Shown: positions 8,497-18,884 of the stretch, piece after piece | How positions within the stretch are numbered: position 1 is the stretch's first letter | How the letters are laid out: each line of letters opens with the position of its first letter | Source of the DNA: Cenarchaeum sp. | Lineage (GTDB): Archaea; Thermoproteota; Nitrososphaeria; Nitrososphaerales; Nitrosopumilaceae | Assembly: GCA_965206845.1 (NCBI GenBank) | Contig: OZ242221.1 | Location: 128,001-192,000, forward strand | DNA: 64,000 nt | Direction: 5' to 3' | Program-made: the position numbers and the translations under genes | The notes under the pieces: generated by a model | Database searches by the model: none | What the model saw: only the letters and a program-made list of their open reading frames with translations | What the model was told of the DNA's origin: nothing

Positions 8497-10689
8497 ATGA
8501 CCAAATTCAAGTCTACTGCGCAGGTGCTCAAGATCATAAAGAACAAGGAGCAGATCAGGAACTTTGGCGTAATCGCACATGTGGATCACGGCAAGACCAC
8601 CATGAGCGACAGCCTGCTTGCTCACTCGGGGATTATCTCGCCGTCATCAGCCGGCTCGGCGCTGGCCATGGACTTTGACAAGGAGGAGCAAGAGAGGGGC
8701 ATCACAATATACCAGGCAAACGTCACGCTGTACTACATGCAGAAGGGAAGGGACTACGTCATCAATATGATCGACACGCCGGGACATGTGGACTTTAGCG
8801 GCAGGGTCATCCGCAGCCTGCGGGCCATCGACGGCGCCGTGGTAGTGTGCGATGCGGTGGAGGGCATAATGACCCAGACCGAGACGGTAACCAGAATGGC
8901 CCTAGAGGAGCGGGTCAGGCCGGTGCTGTTCATCAACAAGGTGGACAGGCTCATCAAGGAGCTCAGGCTGACACCCGCAAAGATGCAGGAGACCCTGGCA
9001 AGTGTTGTATCAAACTTCAATCAGCTCATAGACACCTATGCGGAGGAGGATTACCGCGAAAAGTGGAAGGTCTCGATCCAGGATGCCAGCGTCACCTTTG
9101 GCTCTGCCAAGGATCGCTGGGCGATCAATCTGGACATGATGAAAGAGAAGGGGATAACGTTCAAGGATGTAATCGAGGCCTATCAGGGCGAAAGGGTGGG
9201 AGATCTGGTGGAGAAGGCGCCACTAGCAGATGCGATACTGGGCATGGTCGTGAAGCACCACCCGCCGCCGGATGTGGCGCAAAAGTACAGAATCCCAAAG
9301 ATATGGCACGGGGATCTCAAATCAGACATAGGGCAGTCGCTACTGGCCTGCAAGGACGACGGACCTGCCATCATGATGGTTGTAAACATGGTACTGGATA
9401 AGGCAGCGGGCCCCGTAGCCATTGGCAGACTCTTCTCGGGCACCGTAAGGGATGGCCAGACGGTTCGCATCATAGACGCGAAACGGGACGGTCGGATCCA
9501 GTCAGTGAACTTTTTCATGGGGAATCAGAGGGAGCAGGTGGGCGAGCTGGGCGCAGGTAACATTCCCGCACTTTTGGGAATAACGGAGGCCCGTGCAGGT
9601 AACACACTCTCGTCTGTAAAAGGAATCCAGGTCTTTGAGGGCGTCCGGTACGTGTCTGAGCCCGTGGTTCAGATAGCCATTGAGCCCAGACACCCCAAGG
9701 ATCTTCCAAAGCTGGTCGAGACCCTCAAGCAGCTTACCATAGAGGATCCTAACCTGGTAGTCAAAATAAACGAGGAGAGCGGCGAGACCATAATAGCCGG
9801 CATGGGTGTCCTGCACTTGGACGTGGCAACGCACCGCATTCAGGACACCAAGATAGACATCATAACATCAGAGCCCCTGATCAACTACAGAGAGACGGTA
9901 AAGGCCCCCTGTAGGCCCATCATGGCAAAGTCTCCAAACAGGCACAACAAGATCTTTATGAAAGTGGAGCCTCTGGAGCCTACCATCGCCGAGATGCTCC
10001 GATCCGGCCAGATATCTGACATGAAAGACAAGCAGGAAGTTACCGCACTGCTCAAGAAGGAAGGATGGGACACGGACACCATAAAGAGGATCATGAAGTT
10101 TGACTCCCGCGGAAATGTGCTCATCAACGGCACAAAGGGTGTACAGTTTATTCAAGAGTCGATGGACTCGATCAACTCGGGATTCGAGGATGTGATGAAG
10201 GAGGGCCCACTGTGCAAGGAACAGGTAAGGAACTGCAAGTTCTTGTTTACGCACTTTGTGCCACACGAGGATCCGGCCCACAGGGGACTGTCCCAGCTGG
10301 GACCGGCTTCCAGGCGCGCCTGCCTGGGTTCCCTCCTTACTGCCGGCACCACAATACTAGAGCCTGTGCTAGCCATCGAGGTCAGGGTGCCAACGGATCT
10401 GGTAGGCAATGTTGCCACGGTTCTTTCAGGAAAGCGCGGCAGGGTGCTGAACATGGCACAGAAGGGGGCCGCAAGCATAGTTACCGGCGAGCTACCTGCG
10501 GCAGAGACGTTCACGCTATCTGAGGACATGCGCGGCCAGACCGCCGGCAGGGCGATGTGGAACACCCACTTCAAGGCGTGGGCCGAGGTGCCCAAATCCA
10601 TGATAACGACCGTCATCGCAGAGCTTAGAAAGAGAAAGGGCCTTCCGCCAGAGTCGCCTCCCGCAAGCGAGTTCATCGACAAGGAGTAG
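8497..10689 (+). CDS. fusA: archaeal elongation factor EF-2
   Basis: AHVDHGKTT, ERGITI, DTPGHVDF, NKVD, diphthamide loop HEDPAHRG. Confidence 0.98.
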   Translation: MTKFKSTAQVLKIIKNKEQIRNFGVIAHVDHGKTTMSDSLLAHSGIISPSSAGSALAMDFDKEEQERGITIYQANVTLYYMQKGRDYVINMIDTPGHVDFSGRVIRSLRAIDGAVVVCDAVEGIMTQTETVTRMALEERVRPVLFINKVDRLIKELRLTPAKMQETLASVVSNFNQLIDTYAEEDYREKWKVSIQDASVTFGSAKDRWAINLDMMKEKGITFKDVIEAYQGERVGDLVEKAPLADAILGMVVKHHPPPDVAQKYRIPKIWHGDLKSDIGQSLLACKDDGPAIMMVVNMVLDKAAGPVAIGRLFSGTVRDGQTVRIIDAKRDGRIQSVNFFMGNQREQVGELGAGNIPALLGITEARAGNTLSSVKGIQVFEGVRYVSEPVVQIAIEPRHPKDLPKLVETLKQLTIEDPNLVVKINEESGETIIAGMGVLHLDVATHRIQDTKIDIITSEPLINYRETVKAPCRPIMAKSPNRHNKIFMKVEPLEPTIAEMLRSGQISDMKDKQEVTALLKKEGWDTDTIKRIMKFDSRGNVLINGTKGVQFIQESMDSINSGFEDVMKEGPLCKEQVRNCKFLFTHFVPHEDPAHRGLSQLGPASRRACLGSLLTAGTTILEPVLAIEVRVPTDLVGNVATVLSGKRGRVLNMAQKGAASIVTGELPAAETFTLSEDMRGQTAGRAMWNTHFKAWAEVPKSMITTVIAELRKRKGLPPESPPASEFIDKE

Positions 10690-10766
10690 CCCCGCCGCCT
10701 GCGCGCGCAAGACTGTCCGGATCCAAAACCGAAGAAATAAAAAACGTGCACTGTCTAAACCAATGC

Positions 10767-10961
10767 ATGGCAGTACTTGAGGGACTGGTAATTCTGACGA
10801 TCATCCTGGCGGCAGGATTCATCGGGTATCATACCTGGCAGGACTGGCTCCAGCACGACGAGGCGGAAAGCCACATGCTTGGCCCAGAACACGAAACCGC
10901 AGAAATCTACCTGCAGGGCACACACGCCGTACAGCGAATCCACTGGACAGAGACCCTCTAG
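10767..10961 (+). CDS. small single-TM hypothetical protein
   Basis: N-terminal hydrophobic helix; fills the gap between genes. Confidence 0.45.
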   Translation: MAVLEGLVILTIILAAGFIGYHTWQDWLQHDEAESHMLGPEHETAEIYLQGTHAVQRIHWTETL

Positions 10962-10973
10962 GGCAGAATCCCT

Positions 10974-11567
10974 TCACACCTTGAGCGTGAGCTCCTCTCC
11001 GTTTCCGATGGGAACGGTTACCGTGCGCACACCGTCCTTTGAGCGTATGTGGCGCCTAAGGCCATCCATTGTGCCCCTGTACTTTTTCGGATAAAGCATG
11101 TTGTCCACCAGTATCATTCCGCCGGGCCGGATCAGATCCAGCGCTCGATCAAAGTACTCCACCACGTTCTCCTTGTCTGCATCAATGAATGCAAAGTCAA
11201 ACATCCCCTTCAGCTGGCGCAGCACATCTGGCGCACCGCCCACAAGCACCTCCACATTCGAGATTCCTGCCTCTTCAAAATTCTTCCTAGCCCTTTGCAC
11301 CTTTGACGGGTTATGCTCAATTGTAGTAACCCTACCACCGTTTCGGTACACGGCTTCTGCCATCCATATGGTAGAGTATCCCGCGGAGGTGCCTACCTCC
11401 AGCACGTTTGCAAACCTATTGCCGTACAGCAGCATGTTGAGGAACCTGCCGGTGTCCTCTGTTATGGCAAGCATTCTGTCCCCGGGCGACACGCTCCTCT
11501 TCCTGGATTTCTCCTCCTGCGATTCGCGGCCGAGTCTGTCAAGAACGCGGGCGATCTTCTCATCCAT
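10974..11567 (-). CDS. class I SAM-dependent O-methyltransferase (family 3)
   Basis: VLEVGTSAGYSTIW, FDFAFIDADKEN, LIRPGGMILVDN. Confidence 0.9.
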   Translation of the reverse strand: MDEKIARVLDRLGRESQEEKSRKRSVSPGDRMLAITEDTGRFLNMLLYGNRFANVLEVGTSAGYSTIWMAEAVYRNGGRVTTIEHNPSKVQRARKNFEEAGISNVEVLVGGAPDVLRQLKGMFDFAFIDADKENVVEYFDRALDLIRPGGMILVDNMLYPKKYRGTMDGLRRHIRSKDGVRTVTVPIGNGEELTLKV

Positions 11568-11682
11568 GCACGGTATGATCCCGAAGTTGTATTTTAAACC
11601 CAGGCGCGCTTGCACCGGGATTTGGATCCACGCCGCACCAAACACGTTAAATTATATTTGCTGAAATGTCCCTTTTGGTAAG

Positions 11683-12057
11683 TTGGTAAACAAGAGCGTA
11701 GGACTCGATCTCATCGAGGGCATATTGGATCTGGATCCGCAGATGAGGTGTGCAGCCCTCATAGACATGAACGGAGAGATAGTCGAGTCCATCATGAGAG
11801 AAGGAAAGCAGTCACTAAAGTCGCAGATGGAGGAGGAGTACCTCTGTAGACAGGCAGCGCAACAGAGAACCATAAGGGATCAGCTCAACGATCCCTTGGG
11901 AAGGGTAAGGTACGTGCATGTGGAGCGGGAGAACGTTACCCAGATGGTAGTCTACGCCAAGCGGTTTACGCTCTACTTTACCATAGAGCCAGAGATAGCA
12001 ATACGCGAGAAGGAGAGCATAACAAACAGGGCCAAAAGAATGATTTCACACATATGA
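11683..12057 (+). CDS. thaumarchaeal roadblock/profilin-like hypothetical protein
   Basis: ILDLDPQMRCAALIDMNG...LGRVRYVHVERE pattern. Confidence 0.65.
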   Translation: MVNKSVGLDLIEGILDLDPQMRCAALIDMNGEIVESIMREGKQSLKSQMEEEYLCRQAAQQRTIRDQLNDPLGRVRYVHVERENVTQMVVYAKRFTLYFTIEPEIAIREKESITNRAKRMISHI

Positions 12058-12420
12058 GATCGCACCGGATCTTTGGACTCGGATCACAACAGTGTGCATG
12101 CCCGAAGGCAGCACGGCGGATCTGACCGGTACGCATCTTCAGGATGCATCGCATCCTAGCGCGGCAGCTCCGGTCACATGTCCGGTGCATGGATCTCACA
12201 GGATGTGACGGTACCGTTCCAGACGTATGCTATAACTTACATGGTGCAAATTGCAAAAAGCAGTTGCCCCGAAGCCCGATCGCCGCAAGAACGCCCTTGG
12301 AGTCCAGACTTGATGCCCAAGCGCCTCAAAGGCGATGTACGAAGTAGCTGGTTTCTAGGGGTGCAGACAGTACCAGCGCCTGATGCTATACTTTTAATTG
12401 AGCGGCATGAGATCCCAGCC

Positions 12421-12822
12421 ATGTCGTCATACTTTACCCTGGTCTCGGCCAACGCTGCACTGCCTGAGGTCATTAAAAGGTACAAGTTTGTCTTGCAGTG
12501 CAAGGCAGAGGTAGTAAAAGCAGAAGAACAGATGCAGATAGCCGTATCCAATGACGCAAGGTTGGAGGAACATGTCAGAATAAAACAGGATCTTAACTCA
12601 AAAGTGATAAAATACTACCGTGCAATCGAGCATCTAGAGCTGACCGGCGTGGCAATAAAGAGCATAGATGACGGTCTTTTGGACTTTCCCGCTAGGCGCT
12701 TTGATGAGGACATCTGGCTGTGCTGGAAGGACGGCGAGATCCAGGTCAAGTTTTGGCACGAAAAGCACACCGGGTTTATGGGACGAAAGCCGGTGGAAGT
12801 GAGCAACGAATCGCTGGTTTGA
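12421..12822 (+). CDS. DUF2203 family protein
   Basis: YFTL..AN..LP, GV.IK.IDDGLLDFP, IWLCWK.GE..V.FWH...GF.GRKP. Confidence 0.85.
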   Translation: MSSYFTLVSANAALPEVIKRYKFVLQCKAEVVKAEEQMQIAVSNDARLEEHVRIKQDLNSKVIKYYRAIEHLELTGVAIKSIDDGLLDFPARRFDEDIWLCWKDGEIQVKFWHEKHTGFMGRKPVEVSNESLV

Positions 12823-13704
12823 ATGCTGTCGGTCTGGTTCAGGGTAATTCGTGTCCGCTTTCTTCTGTCATCAGTGCTTGCAGTATCTGCAAGCCTTGCG
12901 ATAAACTGGTGGCTCCATTCATCGATTGACGTTTTTGATGCGGCTCTTACCATGGGCGGAGTCATGGCGCTGCATGCCAGCGTGGATCTGCTCAACGACT
13001 ACTGGGACTTTAAGCGCGGAATCGATACAAAGACGCAGCGCACAGGCATGAGTGGCGGAACAGGCGTCCTCCCCGAGGGGCTGCTCCAGCCCGCACAGGT
13101 GTACCGTGCCGGGATCATGTCCCTTGCAGCAGGAGTGGCAGTCGGGGCATATTTTGTCGTAACAGATGGATTCGTCATTGCCGTACTGCTGATCTTTGCT
13201 GTTGTCTCGATCTACTTTTACTCCACAAAGATCGTGGACTCGGGGCTGGCAGAGATATTTGTTGCAATAAAGGGAACATGTATCGTACTGGGGGCCTACT
13301 ATATCCAGGCAGGTGACATTCCGGTACCTGCAGCTCTGGGAGGAGTAGTGATCGGCATACTGTCAGCCATGGTCTTGCTCATCACATCATTTCCCGACCA
13401 CGATGCAGACAGATCCCAAGGCCGCAAGACGCTAGTGGTAGCTTGGGGAAGGAAGAGGGCCGCACGCGTCTTTTGGATATTTCCTGCAGCCGCCTATGGA
13501 GTTGTTCTGATATCGGTAGCCGCAGACATCTTCTCACCTCCGGTGCTGATCACGCTACTGGCAGCTCCAATAGTTCTCTGGTCCGGCATTGGCCTGCAGA
13601 AGAGCCTTGATGACGTCGGTAGAATCGTGCCCGTGATGAGCGCGACGCTCAAGTTTTCGAGGCTGGCAGGTGCACTGCTTGTGGCAGGTTTTCTGCTCTC
13701 GTGA
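12823..13704 (+). CDS. UbiA/MenA-family prenyltransferase
   Basis: NDYWDFKRGID and FPDHDAD...GRKTL aspartate-rich motifs; multiple TM helices. Confidence 0.88.
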   Translation: MLSVWFRVIRVRFLLSSVLAVSASLAINWWLHSSIDVFDAALTMGGVMALHASVDLLNDYWDFKRGIDTKTQRTGMSGGTGVLPEGLLQPAQVYRAGIMSLAAGVAVGAYFVVTDGFVIAVLLIFAVVSIYFYSTKIVDSGLAEIFVAIKGTCIVLGAYYIQAGDIPVPAALGGVVIGILSAMVLLITSFPDHDADRSQGRKTLVVAWGRKRAARVFWIFPAAAYGVVLISVAADIFSPPVLITLLAAPIVLWSGIGLQKSLDDVGRIVPVMSATLKFSRLAGALLVAGFLLS

Positions 13705-14065
13705 CAGGCGTAGCCGCCGATCCTCGTACGCCTACTGTAGCAGGTAGCCCGGACCTGCGCGCTACGGGACAGGAGTCCCGAAAGGGCCACTCTGGATGCG
13801 CGTGTCGGGCACGGATCGGAGATCTGGCGTACGGATCTGGCCACATTTAGCCGGACTCTGTAAGATAATAGTGCAGCTCGGTATAACACTCATTGCAGTA
13901 CTCCTGGCTACCTGTGTGCTCGCAGTCATGAACCTTCTTCACGTCCTTCTTGCATTTTTTACAAACCGGCACACTCTGATCTGCAAACCGCGATATTTTA
14001 AGCCTGATCGTATCCGCCATGGCTACGGATCCGCAGAACGATCCAAATATGCAAGAATTTTGTGT

Positions 14066-14425
14066 TTAGAGCATGCGTTTGCCACGTGGGGCACTCTCCA
14101 GCTGCTTCTTCAGCTCGAGATTCTCCCTTTGAAGCTTGGAGTTCTCTGCCTGCAGCGTCGCAACTGAGTTCTGCCTGTTATACAGCGGGTGCCCTGGCGG
14201 AATGATCCCCGGGTTTGCCATGGTGAGCAGCCCGGCTGCATGCCTTTGAAGCATGCGGGTGTAGTCATCCAGTTTTGCTTGCGGAACGATCTCTTGTATC
14301 CCCTGTGGGCGAGGCATGAGTGGCTGATCTCTCACTCCCGGTGGCAGCCTAGGAAACTGCAGTGCCATAGATGTGATGGGATCCATGCCATAAAGGCCCA
14401 TCAAGTGTCTAGTAATGTGATCCAT
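14066..14425 (-). CDS. hypothetical protein with C-terminal coiled coil
   Basis: Pro-rich middle; LQAENSKLQRENLELKKQLE heptads. Confidence 0.6.
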   Translation of the reverse strand: MDHITRHLMGLYGMDPITSMALQFPRLPPGVRDQPLMPRPQGIQEIVPQAKLDDYTRMLQRHAAGLLTMANPGIIPPGHPLYNRQNSVATLQAENSKLQRENLELKKQLESAPRGKRML

Positions 14426-14581
14426 GTCTGGTCTACGGTTGTTGCCATATTTTTAGTTGTCTTGTCGGGAGCCGATCATCCCAGACCCGTAGACGCTGGA
14501 GCGCCAGCGGCTCCCGCATCAAGGCTGGGCGCATCAGCAATGATCTGTGTACGCCCGGCGACGCCATTCGGCGAGGCCGAC

Positions 14582-15382
14582 CTAGCCCACGTACTCGTAC
14601 ACGTTGTAGATGTCCCCGGTAAACCTCGAGCGGTACCGCCACTCGTTGTTCTTCCATATGATCCGCTTGAAGCGTTGCTGCATCGAAGGGTGCAGCCTGG
14701 TATAAACATCATGGCCCACAAGAATTTGATCCGGTTTTGCTTGGGCCTGTACCTTGGATGCGATGTTCATTGCAGGCCCCATCAGATCCACATGGGACTT
14801 GATGGGATCTCCACCGTATCGAACTACAATGTTCTTTCCAAAGTCTATGCCAATCTTTACCTTCAGGTCGGGGTAGTCATACTGGATCAGTACCGGATTG
14901 ATCCCCTTCTGGATTACACTAATCATGGATCTTGCGCACCCTACTGCGTTGTCTGATGCGATGAGCGGATTCCTCTCTGCCACAAAGTACGCAAGAACTG
15001 CATCGCCTATGAACTTGAGAACGTATCCGCCGTACTGTTTTACTACATACGCCATCTCCTGAGCAAAGGAGCTTATGATGATTGCCAGCTTGTCCTCGGG
15101 CATCTCCAGTGTCATGTTTGTAGATCCTACCAGATCTACATACAGCACCAGCATGTCTATTCTCGAAAAGACCCTGGATCGAAGGTACCTGTCGGACTCG
15201 TCCACCATGGGCGTGTACTCGTAGCCCTTCTTCAGGGCGGCCCAGACTCTCTTCTGGGTGTCCTTGATCAGTGAATCGACATCTCGAACCACCGAGCCGC
15301 GGCTTCCCAGAAGAACGTCTATCACGTTATACTCCGCGCCACTGCCCGGATCGTTTGTAGCGGAGTCTGATTCGTCAATCAT
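14582..15382 (-). CDS. class III adenylate/guanylate cyclase domain protein
   Basis: LYVDLVGST, LKFIGDAV, KIGIDFG, DLMGPAMNIASK. Confidence 0.9.
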   Translation of the reverse strand: MIDESDSATNDPGSGAEYNVIDVLLGSRGSVVRDVDSLIKDTQKRVWAALKKGYEYTPMVDESDRYLRSRVFSRIDMLVLYVDLVGSTNMTLEMPEDKLAIIISSFAQEMAYVVKQYGGYVLKFIGDAVLAYFVAERNPLIASDNAVGCARSMISVIQKGINPVLIQYDYPDLKVKIGIDFGKNIVVRYGGDPIKSHVDLMGPAMNIASKVQAQAKPDQILVGHDVYTRLHPSMQQRFKRIIWKNNEWRYRSRFTGDIYNVYEYVG

Positions 15383-15391
15383 CTATAGCAT

Positions 15392-15514
15392 CTACTCCAG
15401 AGGAAAGTCATGGCTACACTCGGGGCATCGTCCCCTTCTGCCGTGATACTTGTCATTATAGTACTCCACAATATCCTTACCGCATTCGTTACAGACGGTG
15501 TGTGTACCTGACAT
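15392..15514 (-). CDS. 40-aa CxxC...CxxC zinc-ribbon microprotein (not in ORF track)
   Basis: Manual translation MSGTHTVCNECGKDIVEYYNDKYHGRRGRCPECSHDFPLE*; TATA-like AT run at 15536-15549; stop lies 10 nt before the cyclase start. Confidence 0.75.
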   Translation of the reverse strand: MSGTHTVCNECGKDIVEYYNDKYHGRRGRCPECSHDFPLE

Positions 15515-15844
15515 AGCTCACCTAAACCCCGTTTCTATTTATATTAAAATGATGGCCACATTAAATGTCTGTTACACCGCATCTGGTGTGAGGGTTCATA
15601 GTGTATGGGATCGCCTGCCGTACCGGGCCAGACGCGCAAGCCTGAGACATGATCCGCAATTAAGAATCGAGCCTTCGATGCCCATAATCTTACAGATGTG
15701 TGCTCCAAAGCATGCAACTTTCGTATGATTGTGCCAAAGATCATGCTCTAATGTGCTTGCGTGCTAATTACGAATCACACCTCTGCGCCCAAGCCAAGGG
15801 GAACTGGTTCTGTGTAGTGTGGCCGGTGCAAGGTTTAATGCCGG

Positions 15845-16660
15845 TTGCCGCGCAGGACGTACGTGCGACTGGGCAGCAAGACACCTGATAAATTCATGGA
15901 GGAGCTTGGCTCCAGAAGCTTGGGAGTTCAGGATCTGTTTGCTGACCGCATCAAGGAGCTGACCAGGATGGTGCCTGCCAGAGTGATGCTAGGAGATAGC
16001 ACGGTAACCGAGCAGGACACCTTTGATCCTGAAGGCGTACGCCGGTTCCTCGGAGACGTAGTACGGGATTTTGACGGATGGACGGTACATGACGTGACCG
16101 TATCCAGTAACGAGGACATCCGCAGGGTATTTGCAAAGTTCGGTGTGCATGAAGGAAGCTACCGGCTGTCGGGGCACATGTCTGTGCAGTTTCACGTCCT
16201 GCTGTACTACAGGCCGGATCATCGCGTGGTGGAGTGCCAGAAGGAGCTCTCAGAGATAATCGACGTGACAAAAGAAGGCCAGAAGGGCATGGCAGAGCTG
16301 GGGGATCGCCTGATCGTCGAGAAGCTAAGGGAGATGGGGTACGACGACCCCGACCACCAGAAGCTCTTTGAGATATTTTATGAGAACGACGCCGTGCTAG
16401 AGAAGATACATAACAGCATACAGAGCAGTGTTGACACTGACTTTATCGAGCTGGAGAGAAGAAAGTCCAATCTCTTCCGGGAGCTGGACAGTCTCCTAGT
16501 GGAGACGTACCAGACATCGCATGTACTCATAGACGACACACGGCTGGTGGCAGGCGAGGAGGGATACCTGTGCACTCTGGACCTAGAGTACATCAAGAAC
16601 AAAATCCTGAAGGGCTCTTTGATGCAAGAAAGATACCTGCTCGCGTCCGGCAGGCTTTGA
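15845..16660 (+). CDS. conserved thaumarchaeal hypothetical protein, possibly frameshifted near the C-terminus
   Basis: 271-aa ORF; an alternative frame continues EGLFDARKIP... to TAG at about 16716. Confidence 0.7.
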   Translation: MPRRTYVRLGSKTPDKFMEELGSRSLGVQDLFADRIKELTRMVPARVMLGDSTVTEQDTFDPEGVRRFLGDVVRDFDGWTVHDVTVSSNEDIRRVFAKFGVHEGSYRLSGHMSVQFHVLLYYRPDHRVVECQKELSEIIDVTKEGQKGMAELGDRLIVEKLREMGYDDPDHQKLFEIFYENDAVLEKIHNSIQSSVDTDFIELERRKSNLFRELDSLLVETYQTSHVLIDDTRLVAGEEGYLCTLDLEYIKNKILKGSLMQERYLLASGRL

Positions 16661-16766
16661 GCGACAGGCTGGAACAGGTCAAAACTGCCATCAGCAGGCA
16701 GAACGGCAACCCATAGATGTTGACTGGTCAGAACAAATCAAATATACCGCATAGGATCAGAGAGGC

Positions 16767-17978
16767 TTGATGGATCTAAGCTACGACGAAATTCAGAAGG
16801 CCAGCAGGCTGAGGGGAAACGATATCAAGAAGACGCCCCTGATTCACTCACCAACATTCAGCTACATGACCGGCTCCGAGGTGTACCTCAAGGCGGAGTA
16901 CCAGCAGAAGACCGGCTCCTTCAAGATCCGAGGCGCCTACTATAAGGTAAAGTCGCTGCCGGCAGAGGAGAAGAAGAACGGCGTAGTTGCTGCATCGGCA
17001 GGCAACCATGCGCAAGGCGTGGCGTATGCAGCCTCAATAGAGAAGATCCCGTGCACGATCGTAATGCCCAAGTCTGCATCTCCCGCAAAGGTGGCAGCCA
17101 CACGGGGGTACGGTGCACAGGTCATACTGTATGGAAAGAACTATGACGAGTCATGGGCCATGGCAAGGCAGATATCCCGTGATACCGGCGCGGCCATAAT
17201 TCACGCATTTGACGATCCATACATAATTGCGGCTCAGGGAGCCATTGGACTTGAGATTCTAGAAGACCTACCTGACGTGGAAGAGGTATACGTGCCGGTG
17301 GGCGGAGGCGGGCTTGCCGCCGGTGTCTTGACGGCGATAAAGACTGGACACCCGGATGTCCGTGTGATTGGGGTGCAGTCCAGCTCATTTCCAGCAATGT
17401 ACGACTCGGTACAGGCAGACAGGCTCACCGAGTCCGGCGGCCAGCGCACCATTGCAGACGGCATCTCAGTTAGAAAGCCTGGCAAAATCACTTTTGATGT
17501 GATCCGCAGACTGATCGACGACATGGTGCTGGTGGATGACTCGGAGATAATCAATGCCATGTTCTTGCTTTTGGAGCGATTAAAAGTGGTGGTGGAGCCT
17601 GCTGGAGCGGCTAGTCTGGCTTACTTGCTGTCACACAAGCCAGCTCCGGGAAAAAAGGTGGTTGCCATTCTGGCCGGTGGCAACGTAGACATGTACTTGC
17701 TGGGACAGATAGTGGACAAGGGCCTGGCCGCTGCAGGCAGGCTGCTGAAGATCTCGATACTGCTCCCCGATGTTCCGGGCGCACTGAAAGATCTGGTGGA
17801 TGAGATATCGCTTGCCAACGCAAACATAGTCGAGGTGTTCCACGACAGGCTCAGCTCCGACATCAGCGCAGGCTCTGCGGGCGTTACACTCAGCCTAGAG
17901 ACCCAGGGCAAAAAGAACGCAGATCTTCTGATAAGCAAGCTTCGGGAGAAGAAGATCAGCTTCAGGCTGCTCACATAA
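16767..17978 (+). CDS. ilvA: threonine ammonia-lyase with ACT domain
   Basis: QKTGSFKIRGA, SAGNHAQG, PVGGGGL, VEPAGAA; C-terminal ACT (LPDVPGAL). Confidence 0.93.
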   Translation: MMDLSYDEIQKASRLRGNDIKKTPLIHSPTFSYMTGSEVYLKAEYQQKTGSFKIRGAYYKVKSLPAEEKKNGVVAASAGNHAQGVAYAASIEKIPCTIVMPKSASPAKVAATRGYGAQVILYGKNYDESWAMARQISRDTGAAIIHAFDDPYIIAAQGAIGLEILEDLPDVEEVYVPVGGGGLAAGVLTAIKTGHPDVRVIGVQSSSFPAMYDSVQADRLTESGGQRTIADGISVRKPGKITFDVIRRLIDDMVLVDDSEIINAMFLLLERLKVVVEPAGAASLAYLLSHKPAPGKKVVAILAGGNVDMYLLGQIVDKGLAAAGRLLKISILLPDVPGALKDLVDEISLANANIVEVFHDRLSSDISAGSAGVTLSLETQGKKNADLLISKLREKKISFRLLT

Positions 17979-17979
17979 G

Positions 17980-18531
17980 CTACGCCAGAAACTCTGACAA
18001 TCCCTTTTTCTGCATCTCCTGGGACTCGGCCACCACGCGGTCGTGCTGCTCTGTTTTGTGGTTCTGCAGCTTACTGCGTATATCAGGAGAGTGTACCGCC
18101 AGTATCTTCATGGCGTATATGGCCGCGTTTGCCGCTTTGTTGATGCCGACGCATGCCACCGGAGAGCCGGTGGGCATCTCAGATATGGAGAGAAGCGAGT
18201 CCAGTCCTCCAAAGGCGGACGCCATGGGGCCGCCTGGATTCTTGTCGTTGTATACCATGATTGGAACGCCGATTACCGGGATTGTGGTGTATGATGCGAT
18301 CATTCCGGGCAGGTGCGCGGCACCGCCGGCTCCCGCTATTATCACCTTGATGCCTGCATCCTCCGCATGTTTAGCGTACTCTGACAGCCTTGCCGGTGTC
18401 CGGTGCGCCGAGACCACCTGATCCTCGTGGGGTACCCCAAATTGGTCAAGTGTCTGGGTTGCCTGTACCATGATGCGGCCGTCGGATACGGATCCCATGA
18501 TTACGCCAATCTGTGGTCCATCGGACTGCAT
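17980..18531 (-). CDS. purE: N5-CAIR mutase
   Basis: IMGSVSD, SAHRTP, AGAGGAAHLPGM, PVIGVP. Confidence 0.96.
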   Translation of the reverse strand: MQSDGPQIGVIMGSVSDGRIMVQATQTLDQFGVPHEDQVVSAHRTPARLSEYAKHAEDAGIKVIIAGAGGAAHLPGMIASYTTIPVIGVPIMVYNDKNPGGPMASAFGGLDSLLSISEMPTGSPVACVGINKAANAAIYAMKILAVHSPDIRSKLQNHKTEQHDRVVAESQEMQKKGLSEFLA

Positions 18532-18884
18532 TATGATATTCTAATCTATCTACAGATATTAAAGATAAGTGTCGATCCGGCGGCAGGAGACCAGCTAACC
18601 CAAAGGCAGTCTGAAAGAGCACGAACACGCCAACAACACCGTCTCTCTGTCCATGTTCAATGCCGCGGCATGTGGGGGAGCGATTCTAGGAGGCGCCAGG
18701 TGCTGCATTCGGCAGAGAACCGCACCACTTGGCACCACTGCACAAATTCCACCACCCTCCTGCCTAACAGGAGAGTACACACTCAGGCCCGGTGTCTGCG
18801 TAGGCACGAAAAAACGCCGCATACTGCAAAATCACGCCTAGAAACGAAAGGGATCTGAGTGCATACACAGGAGACCTTGGTAGG

